Under the pieces are notes generated by a model. It was not told the DNA's origin. It did no database searches and was given only the letters and a program-made list of their open reading frames with translations. The position numbers were made by a program, and so were the translations under genes. From positions 1 to 50,188 of the forward strand of contig JBBAPZ010000013.1 of NCBI GenBank assembly GCA_040400605.1: a stretch of 50,188 bases of DNA. Direction: 5' to 3'. Below, piece after piece: positions 1 to 10,001 of the stretch. Source of the stretch: Candidatus Sericytochromatia bacterium (lineage in GTDB: Bacteria; Cyanobacteriota; Sericytochromatia; S15B-MN24; JAQBPE01). How positions within the stretch are numbered: the first letter of the stretch is position 1; each line of letters begins with the position of its first letter.

Positions 1-134
1 TGATGCCTGGCGACAACATCCAGATGGAAGTTGAGTTGATCACGCCAGTGGCGATTGAGCCTGGTATGCGCTTTGCGATCCGCGAAGGCGGTCGTACGGT
101 GGGCGCGGGCGTCGTGGCTGCCATTCAGGCATAG
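1..134 (+). CDS. tuf: Elongation factor Tu, 3' end (partial)
   Basis: Frame from nt 3 reads [38 protein letters not shown], the EF-Tu C-terminus; TAG at 132-134. Confidence 0.97.
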   Translation, partial: MPGDNIQMEVELITPVAIEPGMRFAIREGGRTVGAGVVAAIQA

Positions 135-197
135 TCAGTTGTGGGGCGTCCACGCAGCCTAGCGTGTGCTGGACGCCCTGATAGGAGTGTTGTTATA

Positions 198-506
198 ATG
201 GGCAAGCAAAAGATTCGTATCCGACTTAAGGCGTTTGATCACAAATTGCTCGACAAGTCGACAGAAGAAATTGTTGAAACCGCCAAGCGCACTAACGCCG
301 TGGTTGTTGGTCCGATTCCTTTGCCGACACACAAGGCGATCTATTGTGTGAACCGTTCTCCACACGTTGATAAGAAGTCGCGGGAGCATTTTGAGGTCAG
401 AACTCACAAGCGCTTGATTGATATCCTGGAACCGACTGCAAAGACCGCTGAGGCGCTGATGCGCTTGGATTTGCCCGCTGGCGTTGATATTGTTGTCAAG
501 CTCTAG
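198..506 (+). CDS. rpsJ: 30S ribosomal protein S10
   Basis: [37 protein letters not shown] at 183-187 supports ATG 198. Confidence 0.98.
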   Translation: MGKQKIRIRLKAFDHKLLDKSTEEIVETAKRTNAVVVGPIPLPTHKAIYCVNRSPHVDKKSREHFEVRTHKRLIDILEPTAKTAEALMRLDLPAGVDIVVKL

Positions 507-628
507 GTTGGTAAGGCGTCATTTGGGGCGCAAGGGGAAGATTTGTTCCGGTGATGGGTAACTTCCCCGTTCTTGGTTAATCACGTTTGCCGAAGCGAAC
601 GCCCGGCATCTAGGAGGATAAAAGCACC

Positions 629-1264
629 ATGGCAATAGGGTTGTTAGGCCAAAAGGTGGGGATGACAACGATTTTCGATTCGGAAGGGCGTGCGCTTCCC
701 GTGACGGTGGTTAAGGCCGGTCCTTGCACGGTGGTTCAGGCCAAAACCGTTGAGACGGATGGTTATGAAGCTGTGCAGGTCGGTTATGGTGAAGCGAAAG
801 TGTCTCGGTTGTCTGGTGGTGAAGCGGGGCATTTCAATCGGGCGGGGGTCAAGCCTGCGCGTGTCCTTCGGGAGTTTCGCCTTGAAGACGGCGAGCGTTT
901 CGAAGTGGGTCATGAATTCTCGGTGGACCTGTTCTCAGAGGGTCAGTTGGTTGATGTCGTTGGTACGTCGATCGGTCGCGGGTTTGCGGGGCTGCAGAAG
1001 CGGTGGAATGCTGGTCGCGGTCCGATGAGCCACGGGTCGAAGTTTCACCGCCATCCCGGTTCGATCGGCGCGGGTACGACGCCCAGCCGTGTTTTCAAGG
1101 GGCGCAAGATGGCGGGCCGGATGGGCAATGAGCGGGTGACGGTCAAGAAATTGACGGTCGTTGGCGTCGACAATGAGCGTAATTTGTTGTTGATCAAAGG
1201 TGCGGTTCCCGGTGTTGAGGGGGGCGTGTTGATTGTGCGTCCGACGGTCAAGGTTGGCAAGTAG
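629..1264 (+). CDS. rplC: 50S ribosomal protein L3
   Basis: GQKVGMT, DGYEAVQVG, GPMSHGSKFHRHPGSIG; AGGAGG SD. Confidence 0.98.
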   Translation: MAIGLLGQKVGMTTIFDSEGRALPVTVVKAGPCTVVQAKTVETDGYEAVQVGYGEAKVSRLSGGEAGHFNRAGVKPARVLREFRLEDGERFEVGHEFSVDLFSEGQLVDVVGTSIGRGFAGLQKRWNAGRGPMSHGSKFHRHPGSIGAGTTPSRVFKGRKMAGRMGNERVTVKKLTVVGVDNERNLLLIKGAVPGVEGGVLIVRPTVKVGK

Positions 1265-1275
1265 GAGTGGCATAG

Positions 1276-1899
1276 ATGGCGCAGTTAAGTTTGTACAACG
1301 CTCAGGGCGAGAAAAGTGGCGTGTTCACTTTTGGTGATGCGTTTTTGCCTGAGGTTCCGCATACGCATTTGATGCATTTGCATGTCGTTCGGCAGTTGCG
1401 GCACGCAAGGGCTGGTACGGCCAGCACTTTGACGCGGAGCGAGGTCAGTGGTGGTGGCAAGAAGCCTTGGAAGCAAAAAGGAACCGGGCGCGCGCGCGCG
1501 GGGTCGATTCGTAGCCCCTTGTGGAAAGGTGGCGGTGTTATTTTTGGGCCCAAGCCAAGGTCGTTCAGCTTGAATCTGCCGGTTAAGGCCCGTCGTTTGG
1601 CGATTCGCTCGGCAATTTTGGCAAAGGTGCCTGATATGCTTGCGCTGGAGGCATTTCGTTTCGAACGTCCGTCGACGAAGTCGTTGGCACAGTTGCTTTA
1701 TGAACGTTTGGGTTTGACCGGCCGGGTTCTGTTGATTGTCAAGGAGCATGAAGACGTCTTGCGGTTGTCCGCCCGTAACCTGGCGACGGTGAAGTTGGTG
1801 CTGTCGAGCAATTTGGGCGTCAAGGATTTGTTGTCGTGTGAGCACGTTGTCGCGACTCAGGATGCGTTGCGTCACATTGAAGAGGTTTTTAAGGCATGA
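1276..1899 (+). CDS. rplD: 50S ribosomal protein L4
   Basis: TRSEVSGGGKKPWKQKGTGRARAGSIRSP. Confidence 0.98.
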   Translation: MAQLSLYNAQGEKSGVFTFGDAFLPEVPHTHLMHLHVVRQLRHARAGTASTLTRSEVSGGGKKPWKQKGTGRARAGSIRSPLWKGGGVIFGPKPRSFSLNLPVKARRLAIRSAILAKVPDMLALEAFRFERPSTKSLAQLLYERLGLTGRVLLIVKEHEDVLRLSARNLATVKLVLSSNLGVKDLLSCEHVVATQDALRHIEEVFKA

Positions 1900-2192
1900 G
1901 TGATCTATATAATGTGATCAAGAGGCCGCTCATCACCGAGAAAAATACGGTGTTGAATTCGCTCAACACGTACTGTTTTGAGGTTGATCGCAAGGCTAAC
2001 AAGATTGACATCGCACGTGCGGCCAAACTTTTGTTCAACGTTGAGGTGGTGGACGTTAACACAGCAACTTTGAAGCGGGTCAAAAAGTCGCGCAAACGCA
2101 CGGGTGTGAGGACGAACGGAACTGCGGTGTCCAAAAAGGCGTTTGTGAAGTTGGCTGAAGGCCACAGCATCGACTTCTATGGTTCGGTATAG
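1896..2192 (+). CDS. rplW: 50S ribosomal protein L23
   Basis: [26 protein letters not shown] overlap with rplD. Confidence 0.97.
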   Translation: MSDLYNVIKRPLITEKNTVLNSLNTYCFEVDRKANKIDIARAAKLLFNVEVVDVNTATLKRVKKSRKRTGVRTNGTAVSKKAFVKLAEGHSIDFYGSV

Positions 2193-2209
2193 GGCGGGGG
2201 AAGTTAATT

Positions 2210-3034
2210 ATGGCAATTAAAAAACTACGGCCGATGACACCCGGCCAGCGTGGCATGAGTAAGTCTACGTTTGAAGAAATTACAGTGTCGCGTCCTGAGA
2301 AACGGTTGACGGAAAGTTTGCGTTCGACTGCTGGGCGTAACAACCAGGGGCGGGTCACGACCCGCCATCGTGGGGGCGGCCACAAGCGGCATTACCGCGT
2401 GATTGATTTCAAGCGTAATAAAATTGGTGTAACGGGCAAGGTTGCGACGATTGAGTATGATCCGAATCGCAACGCCCGAATCGCTTTGGTGTTTTATACG
2501 GATGGGGACAAGCGTTATATTTTGGCACCTGTCGGTTTGAGTGTCGGACAACCGGTGTTGGCCTCTCCCGAGGCGGATATCAAGCCAGGCAACGCCTTAC
2601 CGTTACGTAACATTCCTTTGGGTACGAATATCCACAATATTGAGTTGCGGATTGGCAAGGGTGGACAGATCGTTCGGTCTGCCGGCGCGATGGCCCAGTT
2701 GGTCGCGAAGGATGGGGATTACGCGCAGGTGAAGTTGCCGTCGGGTGAGCAGCGCATGGTTCATCTGAATTGCTATGCCACAATTGGTCAGGTTGGCAAT
2801 CTGGAGCATAAAAACCTCTCGATCGGTAAGGCTGGCCGCAAGCGTTGGTTGGGTATACGGCCGACTAACCGCGGCGTGACGATGAATGCTTGTGATCACC
2901 CGCATGGTGGTGGTGAAGGCAAGTCCCCAATCGGTGGCAAGCCTCAGACGCCGTGGGGCAAGCCGGCGATGGGATACAAAACTGTGCGCAAGAAGGCGAG
3001 CAGCAAGTTCATCGTTCGGGAGCGGACCCGGTAG
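2210..3034 (+). CDS. rplB: 50S ribosomal protein L2
   Basis: [31 protein letters not shown]. Confidence 0.99.
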   Translation: MAIKKLRPMTPGQRGMSKSTFEEITVSRPEKRLTESLRSTAGRNNQGRVTTRHRGGGHKRHYRVIDFKRNKIGVTGKVATIEYDPNRNARIALVFYTDGDKRYILAPVGLSVGQPVLASPEADIKPGNALPLRNIPLGTNIHNIELRIGKGGQIVRSAGAMAQLVAKDGDYAQVKLPSGEQRMVHLNCYATIGQVGNLEHKNLSIGKAGRKRWLGIRPTNRGVTMNACDHPHGGGEGKSPIGGKPQTPWGKPAMGYKTVRKKASSKFIVRERTR

Positions 3035-3051
3035 GCAGGAGATTATTTTAG

Positions 3052-3324
3052 ATGTCAAGATCGCTTAAAAAAGGGCCATTTGTACAAGATGCATTGGCGA
3101 ATAAGGTAGAGGCTTTGAACGCGCGCAACGAAAAGCGAGTCATCAAGACCTGGTCACGTGCTTCCACCATTTTGCCATCAATGATCGGACACACCATCGC
3201 TGTGTATAACGGTCGTAAGCACGTGCCCATTTACATCACGGAACAGATGATTGGTCACAAACTGGGAGAGTTCGCTCCGACGCGTTTGTTCAAGGGCCAT
3301 TCAGGCCAAGAACGCGGACGTTAG
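3052..3324 (+). CDS. rpsS: 30S ribosomal protein S19
   Basis: [27 protein letters not shown]. Confidence 0.99.
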   Translation: MSRSLKKGPFVQDALANKVEALNARNEKRVIKTWSRASTILPSMIGHTIAVYNGRKHVPIYITEQMIGHKLGEFAPTRLFKGHSGQERGR

Positions 3325-3344
3325 GTTAATGGAGTAAATGACGA

Positions 3345-3689
3345 ATGCAAACCAAATCTAGCGTCAAGTATGTGCGGATGTCCCCGTTGAAGGTTCGGCG
3401 GGTATTGGATCTGATTCGTGGGAAGCGGGCGCTTGAAGCGTCGACGATGTTGAATTTCATGCCGCACGCCAGTGCCGCGGTGTTGAACAAGATTTTGAAG
3501 TCTGCGATTGCGAACGCTGAAAACAATCATCAGGTGCCGGGGTCGCGGTTGTTCATCAGTGAGGCTTATGTGGATCAGGGGCCTACGCTCAAGCGGTTTC
3601 AACCGCACGCACAGGGGCGGGCGTTCCCCATCAAGAAACGGACGAGCCATATCACAATCGTTGTGAGCGACAAGGGGCAGGAGAGTTAA
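3345..3689 (+). CDS. rplV: 50S ribosomal protein L22
   Basis: [25 protein letters not shown]. Confidence 0.98.
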   Translation: MQTKSSVKYVRMSPLKVRRVLDLIRGKRALEASTMLNFMPHASAAVLNKILKSAIANAENNHQVPGSRLFISEAYVDQGPTLKRFQPHAQGRAFPIKKRTSHITIVVSDKGQES

Positions 3690-3691
3690 TC

Positions 3692-4447
3692 ATGGGGCAA
3701 AAGATTCATCCAGTTGGGCTCCGACTTGGTATTAACCGGACGTGGTCGAGCCGTTGGTACGCAGAGACCCGTGGCTATCCTGCCTTGGTTTTGGAGGATA
3801 CCAAGATACGGCGTTTCGTGAAGGCCCGCTTTATGGCTGCTGGTATTTCGCGGACAGACATCGAGCGCAAGGCGGATCAGATTGATGTTAGCATTTGGAC
3901 TGCAAAGCCGGGCGTGATTGTTGGGCGGGGCGGCCAGGGGATTGATGCGCTGCGTAAGGATTTGAGCGCATTGACTGGCAAGAAGGTGCAGATCAACGTC
4001 CAGGAGGTTTTGCGTTCGGAAGCCGACAGTCAATTGGTCGCTGAGAGTATTGCGCAGCAGTTGGAGAAGCGGATTGCTTTTCGTCGCGCGATGAAGCAGG
4101 CGATGATGCGTGCCATGAAGAGCGGTGCCAAAGGTATTAAGGTGATGGTGGCCGGGCGTTTGGGCGGCGCTGAGATTGCGCGTACCGAATGGTTGCGGGA
4201 TGGTCGCATACCCTTGCATACTTTGCGGGCCGATATTGATTATGGTGTGGCAGAGGCGCAGACCCTTTATGGCAAAATTGGCGTTAAGGTCTGGATCTTC
4301 AAGGGTGAGGTGATTCCGGGTGCTGAGGCGGTTGCTGAGGTTCCCCAGCGTAGGGAACGGCGGGAGCGGGACGGCGGTGAGCGACGTGGTCGTCAGCCGC
4401 GTGCCCAGGCCGTGCAGCAAGAATCCCAGGAAAGTGCGGAGTCCTGA
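3692..4447 (+). CDS. rpsC: 30S ribosomal protein S3
   Basis: [35 protein letters not shown]. Confidence 0.99.
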   Translation: MGQKIHPVGLRLGINRTWSSRWYAETRGYPALVLEDTKIRRFVKARFMAAGISRTDIERKADQIDVSIWTAKPGVIVGRGGQGIDALRKDLSALTGKKVQINVQEVLRSEADSQLVAESIAQQLEKRIAFRRAMKQAMMRAMKSGAKGIKVMVAGRLGGAEIARTEWLRDGRIPLHTLRADIDYGVAEAQTLYGKIGVKVWIFKGEVIPGAEAVAEVPQRRERRERDGGERRGRQPRAQAVQQESQESAES

Positions 4448-4488
4448 GGGGCTCCTTGTGCATTGCAGAATTGTAGAGGATTAGCCCT

Positions 4489-4944
4489 ATGTTGATGCCA
4501 AAGCGTACAAAATTTCGCCGCCATCATCGCGGCTCTCGTAGCGGACATGAGACGCGTGGAACCACGATAGCGTTTGGTGATTATGCGTTGGTCGCCGTGG
4601 ACCCGGCCTGGATTACGTCCCGGCAGATCGAAGCGGCGCGTCGTGCGATGACCCGTTCCGTCAAACGTGGTGGTAAGATATGGATTCGGGTGTTTCCAGA
4701 CAAGCCGGTGACGGCGAAACCCGCGGAGACTCGTATGGGTTCTGGTAAAGGCGCCCCGGAGTACTGGGTGGCAGTTGTCAAGCCTGGTCGTATCCTTTTC
4801 GAAATGAATGGGGTGGCCGAGGAGTTGGCACGCGAGGCGATGCGTTTGGCAGCGCATAAATTGCCGATAGGTACGAGGTTCGTTACGCGTGCGCAACAGG
4901 AGTTGGAAGCGGCGCACTCTGGAGGGTCGGAGCATGCAAACTAA
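4489..4944 (+). CDS. rplP: 50S ribosomal protein L16
   Basis: [20 protein letters not shown]. Confidence 0.99.
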   Translation: MLMPKRTKFRRHHRGSRSGHETRGTTIAFGDYALVAVDPAWITSRQIEAARRAMTRSVKRGGKIWIRVFPDKPVTAKPAETRMGSGKGAPEYWVAVVKPGRILFEMNGVAEELAREAMRLAAHKLPIGTRFVTRAQQELEAAHSGGSEHAN

Positions 4945-5164
4945 GAACGCTAAGAAGGATTTGCAAGGTTTTCGCGCCTTGAATCACGAGGAGCTGCAGG
5001 CTCAGTTGAAGGGCGCCAAGGAAGAGTTGTTTAAACTTCGGTTCCAATTGGCGATACGGCAGCTTGAGAACACGGCTCAAATTGGGGAGGTGCGTCATCG
5101 GATCGCCATGATCCAGACGGTGCTTCGAGAAAATAGGTCAAGTTCGGCGCCTGTGGCACAGTAA
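4934..5164 (+). CDS. rpmC: 50S ribosomal protein L29
   Basis: [12 protein letters not shown]; position after rplP; GGAGG upstream of ATG 4934. Confidence 0.95.
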   Translation: MQTKNAKKDLQGFRALNHEELQAQLKGAKEELFKLRFQLAIRQLENTAQIGEVRHRIAMIQTVLRENRSSSAPVAQ

Positions 5165-5180
5165 AAGGGGAATAGGCATT

Positions 5181-5426
5181 ATGCCCAAGCGGATTATTAC
5201 AGGTAAGGTCGTTTCCAATAAGATGGATAAGACGGTGGTTGTCTCGGTAGAGAGCACTGTCCCTCACGATCGTTACAAGAAAATGGTAAAACAGACCAAG
5301 AGGTTTAAGGCGCACGATGAGGACAATGTGGCCAACGAAGGCGATTGGGTTCGTATTGAAGAATCCCGTCCCTATTCGAAGGACAAGACGTGGCGCTTGG
5401 TCGAAGTCGTTGAGCGTGCTCAGTAA
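5181..5426 (+). CDS. rpsQ: 30S ribosomal protein S17
   Basis: [27 protein letters not shown]. Confidence 0.98.
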   Translation: MPKRIITGKVVSNKMDKTVVVSVESTVPHDRYKKMVKQTKRFKAHDEDNVANEGDWVRIEESRPYSKDKTWRLVEVVERAQ

Positions 5427-5435
5427 GGGGGAAAC

Positions 5436-5804
5436 GTGATTCAGCAGCAGTCGCGCCTCACCGTGGCGGATAACACGGGTGCTCGTGAGTTAATGTGTAT
5501 TCGGGTTATTGGTGGTGGCAACCGCACGTTTGCGAACATCGGAGACGTGATCGTCGCCGTTGTTAAGGACGCGATTCCGAATATGCCGGTTAAGAAGTCG
5601 GATGTGGTGAAGGCGGTTATCGTGCGCTCCAAGAAGGGGTTGCAGCGGCCGGATGGCTCTTACATTCGTTTTGATGAGAACGCGGCGGTAATTATCAACA
5701 AGGATAACAATCCGCGTGGAACGCGCGTCTTCGGGCCGATTGCGCGTGAGTTGCGTGACAGGAATTTCATGAAGATCATCTCGCTTGCGCCTGAAGTGAT
5801 TTGA
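5436..5804 (+). CDS. rplN: 50S ribosomal protein L14
   Basis: [28 protein letters not shown] start. Confidence 0.99.
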   Translation: MIQQQSRLTVADNTGARELMCIRVIGGGNRTFANIGDVIVAVVKDAIPNMPVKKSDVVKAVIVRSKKGLQRPDGSYIRFDENAAVIINKDNNPRGTRVFGPIARELRDRNFMKIISLAPEVI

Positions 5805-5838
5805 GCAGCCCGTTCGAGATAAAGGAAAGCCAATAACG

Positions 5839-6171
5839 ATGGAACGCATTAAAAAAGGCGATACGGTGATGGTGACAGTCGGGCGGAAAGAGTCCGAAGG
5901 TGGCGACCGCGGTAAGGTCGGTGAGGTTCTGCTCGTCAATCCGAAGGACCAGACGGCGGTAGTGCAGGGCATCAATATCAAGACCAAGCACGAGAAGCCC
6001 TCGATGTCGAATCCGCAGGGTGGAATTGTCAAGCGGGAGGCACCTGTGCATTTGTCGAATCTGATGCCCTTGGATCCTGCGAACAAGAAGCCCACGCGGA
6101 TCAAGATTAAGGTTTTAGAGAACGGCACGAAGGTTCGGGTTGCCAAGTCTGGTGAACAGTTGGACAGGTAG
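5839..6171 (+). CDS. rplX: 50S ribosomal protein L24
   Basis: IKKGDTV KOW motif, [14 protein letters not shown]. Confidence 0.97.
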   Translation: MERIKKGDTVMVTVGRKESEGGDRGKVGEVLLVNPKDQTAVVQGINIKTKHEKPSMSNPQGGIVKREAPVHLSNLMPLDPANKKPTRIKIKVLENGTKVRVAKSGEQLDR

Positions 6172-6291
6172 AGCGGTTGATGGTTACCCTCGGGTCGGAT
6201 ACGTCGCTCGTTCGTACGCCCCCAGTTTAGACTGGAAGTCGTTCGTGGGTTGTTAGCCTTTGACGCCCGGCCCTGGTTTAGGAGTTTAGAC

Positions 6292-6849
6292 GTGGCGAAG
6301 AGCCGTTTGTTGGAAAAGTATCAAAAAGAGGTCGTTCCGGCGTTAGTCAAGGAATTTGGCTACCAGAACTGGATGCAGGTTCCCAAGATCGAGAAGGTTG
6401 TTGTTAACATGGGTTTGGGCGAGGTTGTTCAGAATCCCAAGGCCCTTGATGTTGCGGTTCGGGATCTCACATCCATCGTTGGCCAGAAGGTAATGGTTAC
6501 GCGTGCGAAGAAGTCCATCGCGACGTTCAAATTGCGCGCGGGCATGCCGATCGGTGCGATGGCAACCTTGAGAGGGGCTCGCATGTATGAGTTCCTGGAT
6601 CGGTTGATGAGTTTGGCATTGCCTCGTATTCGCGATTTTCGTGGCGTCAGTGAGAAAAGTTTTGATGGTCGCGGCAATTATACGCTCGGGATCAAGGAGC
6701 AGGTTCTTTTCCCTGAGATTGAGTATGACAAGGTAGATAAGGTTCGGGGGATGGATATCACCATCGTGACGAGTGCGCGCACAGATGAAGAGGCGCGGGC
6801 GTTGTTGCGGTTGGTTGGCATGCCATTCCGTCAGACTGTTAAAGCTTGA
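6292..6849 (+). CDS. rplE: 50S ribosomal protein L5
   Basis: [32 protein letters not shown] before GTG 6292. Confidence 0.98.
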   Translation: MAKSRLLEKYQKEVVPALVKEFGYQNWMQVPKIEKVVVNMGLGEVVQNPKALDVAVRDLTSIVGQKVMVTRAKKSIATFKLRAGMPIGAMATLRGARMYEFLDRLMSLALPRIRDFRGVSEKSFDGRGNYTLGIKEQVLFPEIEYDKVDKVRGMDITIVTSARTDEEARALLRLVGMPFRQTVKA

Positions 6850-6868
6850 GCCCTGGAGGAGATACGTC

Positions 6869-7174
6869 GTGGCAAAGAAGTCTAAAATTGCCAAACACGC
6901 GAAGCAGCAGCGGTTGATCGCGAAGTATGCGGACAAACGGGCTGAGTTGAAAGCGGTATTGGCCGGAAAGGCGCGTAGCCTTGAGGAGTACAACGAGGCC
7001 CGGAAAGCCTTGTCTGCAATTCCCCGTGACGCGAATCCTGTGCGCTTGCATAACCGTTGCTTGCTGACGGGTCGTCCGCGTGGTTATTATCGCGATTTTG
7101 GCCTGTGCCGAAATATGTTGCGTCAGTTGGCGCATGAAGGGAAACTTCCCGGCGTGGTCAAGTCTAGCTGGTAG
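6869..7174 (+). CDS. rpsN: 30S ribosomal protein S14, long zinc-independent (C-) form
   Basis: [38 protein letters not shown], 101 aa; GGAGG before GTG 6869. Confidence 0.97.
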   Translation: MAKKSKIAKHAKQQRLIAKYADKRAELKAVLAGKARSLEEYNEARKALSAIPRDANPVRLHNRCLLTGRPRGYYRDFGLCRNMLRQLAHEGKLPGVVKSSW

Positions 7175-7329
7175 CTCATCAGGCAGATTGCGGCCCAGCC
7201 GTGGTCTGCCATTCAGCATTGGACGAAACGCCCGGTGGCGTGGTAAGGTTTTCATTCCTTTTGTTGTTTGGTTCCCCCTGGTTGGTCGTGCGCTTGTCGC
7301 AAACGCAGCCTGTAAGAGAGGTTTTACTC

Positions 7330-7725
7330 ATGCCGGTCACTGATCCCATTGCGGACATGCTGACGTGTATCCGAAACGCGAATACGGCGAATCTGGATTT
7401 GACGGAGCTTCCCGCATCCAAGATGAAAGCTGAAATTGCTCGCGTGCTGAAGGAAGAGGGATACATCAACAATTTTGAGGTGGTTGCGAACGAGGGTAAA
7501 CCACGTTTGCGTGTTCATCTGAAGTACGTGGGTCGTCGCAAGGTGATTACCGGGATCAAGCGCATATCTCGTCCTGGATTGCGCGTCTATACGGGTAAGC
7601 ATGAACTGCCGCGCGTGTTGGGTGGGTTGGGCATTGCGATTTTGTCGACGCCGCGTGGCGTGATGACGGAAAAGGAATGTCGCAAGCAGGGCGTGGGCGG
7701 CGAAGTCCTCGCGTACGTTTGGTAG
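7330..7725 (+). CDS. rpsH: 30S ribosomal protein S8
   Basis: [32 protein letters not shown]. Confidence 0.98.
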   Translation: MPVTDPIADMLTCIRNANTANLDLTELPASKMKAEIARVLKEEGYINNFEVVANEGKPRLRVHLKYVGRRKVITGIKRISRPGLRVYTGKHELPRVLGGLGIAILSTPRGVMTEKECRKQGVGGEVLAYVW

Positions 7726-7734
7726 GAGGCGTTC

Positions 7735-8292
7735 ATGTCGCAATCACGAATTGGAAAACGGCCCATCATTGTTCCGGCGACCGTCAAGGTTGAGATTGCG
7801 GGGCAGTTGGTGACTTTGACGGGTCCGAAGGGGACTCTGTCGCGGGAATTGCGTCCTGAGGTTCAGGTGCAGTTTGAAAACGGTGTGATTCAGATCGATC
7901 CGGTGGGTGATTCGAAGATGGCACGTTCGTTGCATGGGTTGTCGCGTACGTTGGTTGCCAACATGGTTGAGGGTATCACCAACGGTTATCGCAAGGTGTT
8001 GGAGATCAACGGGGTTGGTTATCGTGCAGCGTCTACTGGGTCAACCCTGACCTTGCAGATGGGCTATTCGCATCCGGTTGAGGTTGTCGCGCCTGCCGGC
8101 ATCACGTTCACTGTTCCGCCGGGTCCACGGCCGTCGGTTGTTGTTGAGGGCATTGACAAGCAGCTGGTTGGCGATTTGGCAGCCAAAGTCCGCTCGGTGC
8201 GTCCACCTGAGCCCTACAAAGGTAAGGGTATCAAGTATGCGACGGAGACGATTCGTCGCAAGGCTGGCAAGTCTGGCGGGAAGAAGAAGTAG
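7735..8292 (+). CDS. rplF: 50S ribosomal protein L6
   Basis: SRIGKRPI, GVGYRA, RPPEPYKGKGIKY. Confidence 0.99.
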   Translation: MSQSRIGKRPIIVPATVKVEIAGQLVTLTGPKGTLSRELRPEVQVQFENGVIQIDPVGDSKMARSLHGLSRTLVANMVEGITNGYRKVLEINGVGYRAASTGSTLTLQMGYSHPVEVVAPAGITFTVPPGPRPSVVVEGIDKQLVGDLAAKVRSVRPPEPYKGKGIKYATETIRRKAGKSGGKKK

Positions 8293-8307
8293 GCAGGGGA
8301 ATCAATC

Positions 8308-8664
8308 ATGTTTTCTAAGAAAAGCCGAAAGAAGCAAACTGCCGTGCGACATGCGCGGATACGAAAAAAGCTGGCTGGTGATGCCGCGAGACCGAGGCTT
8401 GCGGTTTATCGTTCCGGTCGGCACACCTATGCGCAGGTCATTGACGATGTGGCGGGTGCGACCTTGGTCTCTGCTTCGAGTTTGGAACTGAAGTTGGAGA
8501 ACGGCGCGAACATCGAGGCGGCGACCACGGTTGGTCGCGCCATCGCGGAGCGTGCCAAGGAGAAGGGTATTGAAGCCGTGGTTTACGATCGCGGCGGCAA
8601 CTTGTATCACGGGCGAATTGCAGCGCTGGCAGAGGCCGCGCGTGAAGCCGGCTTGAGTTTCTAG
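8308..8664 (+). CDS. rplR: 50S ribosomal protein L18
   Basis: [26 protein letters not shown]. Confidence 0.98.
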   Translation: MFSKKSRKKQTAVRHARIRKKLAGDAARPRLAVYRSGRHTYAQVIDDVAGATLVSASSLELKLENGANIEAATTVGRAIAERAKEKGIEAVVYDRGGNLYHGRIAALAEAAREAGLSF

Positions 8665-8680
8665 TGCGAGGAATCGGATA

Positions 8681-9265
8681 GTGGATAATCGTAATGTTGA
8701 ATCCAAGGGGCGCGGTCGTGGTCGTCAGGGCGATGGCCGGCCGACCGAGCGTCGTGCGGCTGAGGAAAAGGATACGGAGTGGCAGGAGAAGGTCGTACAG
8801 ATCCGCCGCGTGACCAAGGTGGTCAAGGGTGGCAAGAAGATGAGCTTCCGTGCCATTGTGGCGGTGGGTAATCAAAAAGGCCAAGTTGGGATCGGTGTGG
8901 GTAAGGCGGCAGAAGTCATCGCCGCGATCCAAAAGGCTGTAACGGATGCGCGGAAGAGCCTCGTGACGGTCCCGATGGTTGGGACCACGATTCCCCATAC
9001 GGTGGTCGGCAAATCCGATGCGTCAAGGGTGATGATCAAACCGGCATCCAAGGGTACTGGGGTAATTGCTGGTGGCGCGGTGCGGTCCGTGTTGGAGTTG
9101 GCGGGCATTCATGACATTCTGTCCAAGAATTTGGGTGCGTCGAGTCCGTTGAATAGCGCGCGGGCGACGATTGACGGTTTGTGTCAGTTGCGGAGTGCGG
9201 AAGATGTGGCCGCTTTGCGTGGTCGCACGGTGCAAGAGTTGGTGGGTACGGCTCATGTCGAATAG
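8681..9265 (+). CDS. rpsE: 30S ribosomal protein S5
   Basis: [17 protein letters not shown]. Confidence 0.98.
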   Translation: MDNRNVESKGRGRGRQGDGRPTERRAAEEKDTEWQEKVVQIRRVTKVVKGGKKMSFRAIVAVGNQKGQVGIGVGKAAEVIAAIQKAVTDARKSLVTVPMVGTTIPHTVVGKSDASRVMIKPASKGTGVIAGGAVRSVLELAGIHDILSKNLGASSPLNSARATIDGLCQLRSAEDVAALRGRTVQELVGTAHVE

Positions 9266-9440
9266 TAACAAGTTGACGGTGACTTTGGTTAAAAGTCCGA
9301 TTGGATATAGCCGTAAACAGCGGCTTGTCGTTCAGAGTCTTGGTTTGGGCAGGATGAATACGTCTGCTACGCATGATGACACGCCGGTCATTCGTGGGAT
9401 GATCAAAAAGGTTGTTCATCTTGTGCGGGTTTCCGAGTAA
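9255..9440 (+). CDS. rpmD: 50S ribosomal protein L30
   Basis: [28 protein letters not shown]; between rpsE and rplO. Confidence 0.93.
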   Translation: MSNSNKLTVTLVKSPIGYSRKQRLVVQSLGLGRMNTSATHDDTPVIRGMIKKVVHLVRVSE

Positions 9441-9450
9441 GGGGTGGATG

Positions 9451-9915
9451 ATGAAACTCAATGAATTGCGTCCTTGTGAGGGCGCAACCCACGGGGTCAA
9501 GCGCGTGGGCCGTGGTCACGGGTCGGGTATGGGAAAGACATCGACGCGTGGTTACAATGGTCAGGGGCAACGCTCGGGTCGCAGTATCAAAATCGGGCAT
9601 GAGGGCGGTCAGATGCCTTTGTATCGCCGGTTGCCCAAGAAGAAGCATTTCACTCGCCCTTACCGTCCGGAATGGGCCATTATCAACGTGGGGGATCTGG
9701 GGGATTTCCAGGCCGGTGCAGAGGTGACGGTTGAGTTGCTTCAAGAGGTCGGGTTGATCAAGAAAGCCTTTGATGGGTTGCGGATTCTCGGTAACGGAGA
9801 GTTAAGCGTGGCCCTCACCGTTAAAGCCGCTCACGTCAGTGCCGGCGCTCGGACCAAGATCGAGGCGGTCGGGGGTACCATCGAGATACTTGGTGGAACG
9901 GCCACTGAATCGTGA
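9451..9915 (+). CDS. rplO: 50S ribosomal protein L15
   Basis: KRVGRGHGSG, EGGQMPLYRRLPK; ATG 9448 is an alternative start. Confidence 0.98.
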   Translation: MKLNELRPCEGATHGVKRVGRGHGSGMGKTSTRGYNGQGQRSGRSIKIGHEGGQMPLYRRLPKKKHFTRPYRPEWAIINVGDLGDFQAGAEVTVELLQEVGLIKKAFDGLRILGNGELSVALTVKAAHVSAGARTKIEAVGGTIEILGGTATES

Positions 9916-10001
9916 GGTCTGTTCGTTAGTTTTCTTCAGAGTGGTCCTAGGTGACTGGGGCCACTCTGTGTTCGTTGGTCATTAGGAGAGAAACGGGGTG
10001 A

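Noticed and set aside
143..179. GC-rich hairpin between tuf and rpsJ as a terminator
   Set aside because: No U-tract, and the rpsJ SD follows immediately; more likely an mRNA stability hairpin
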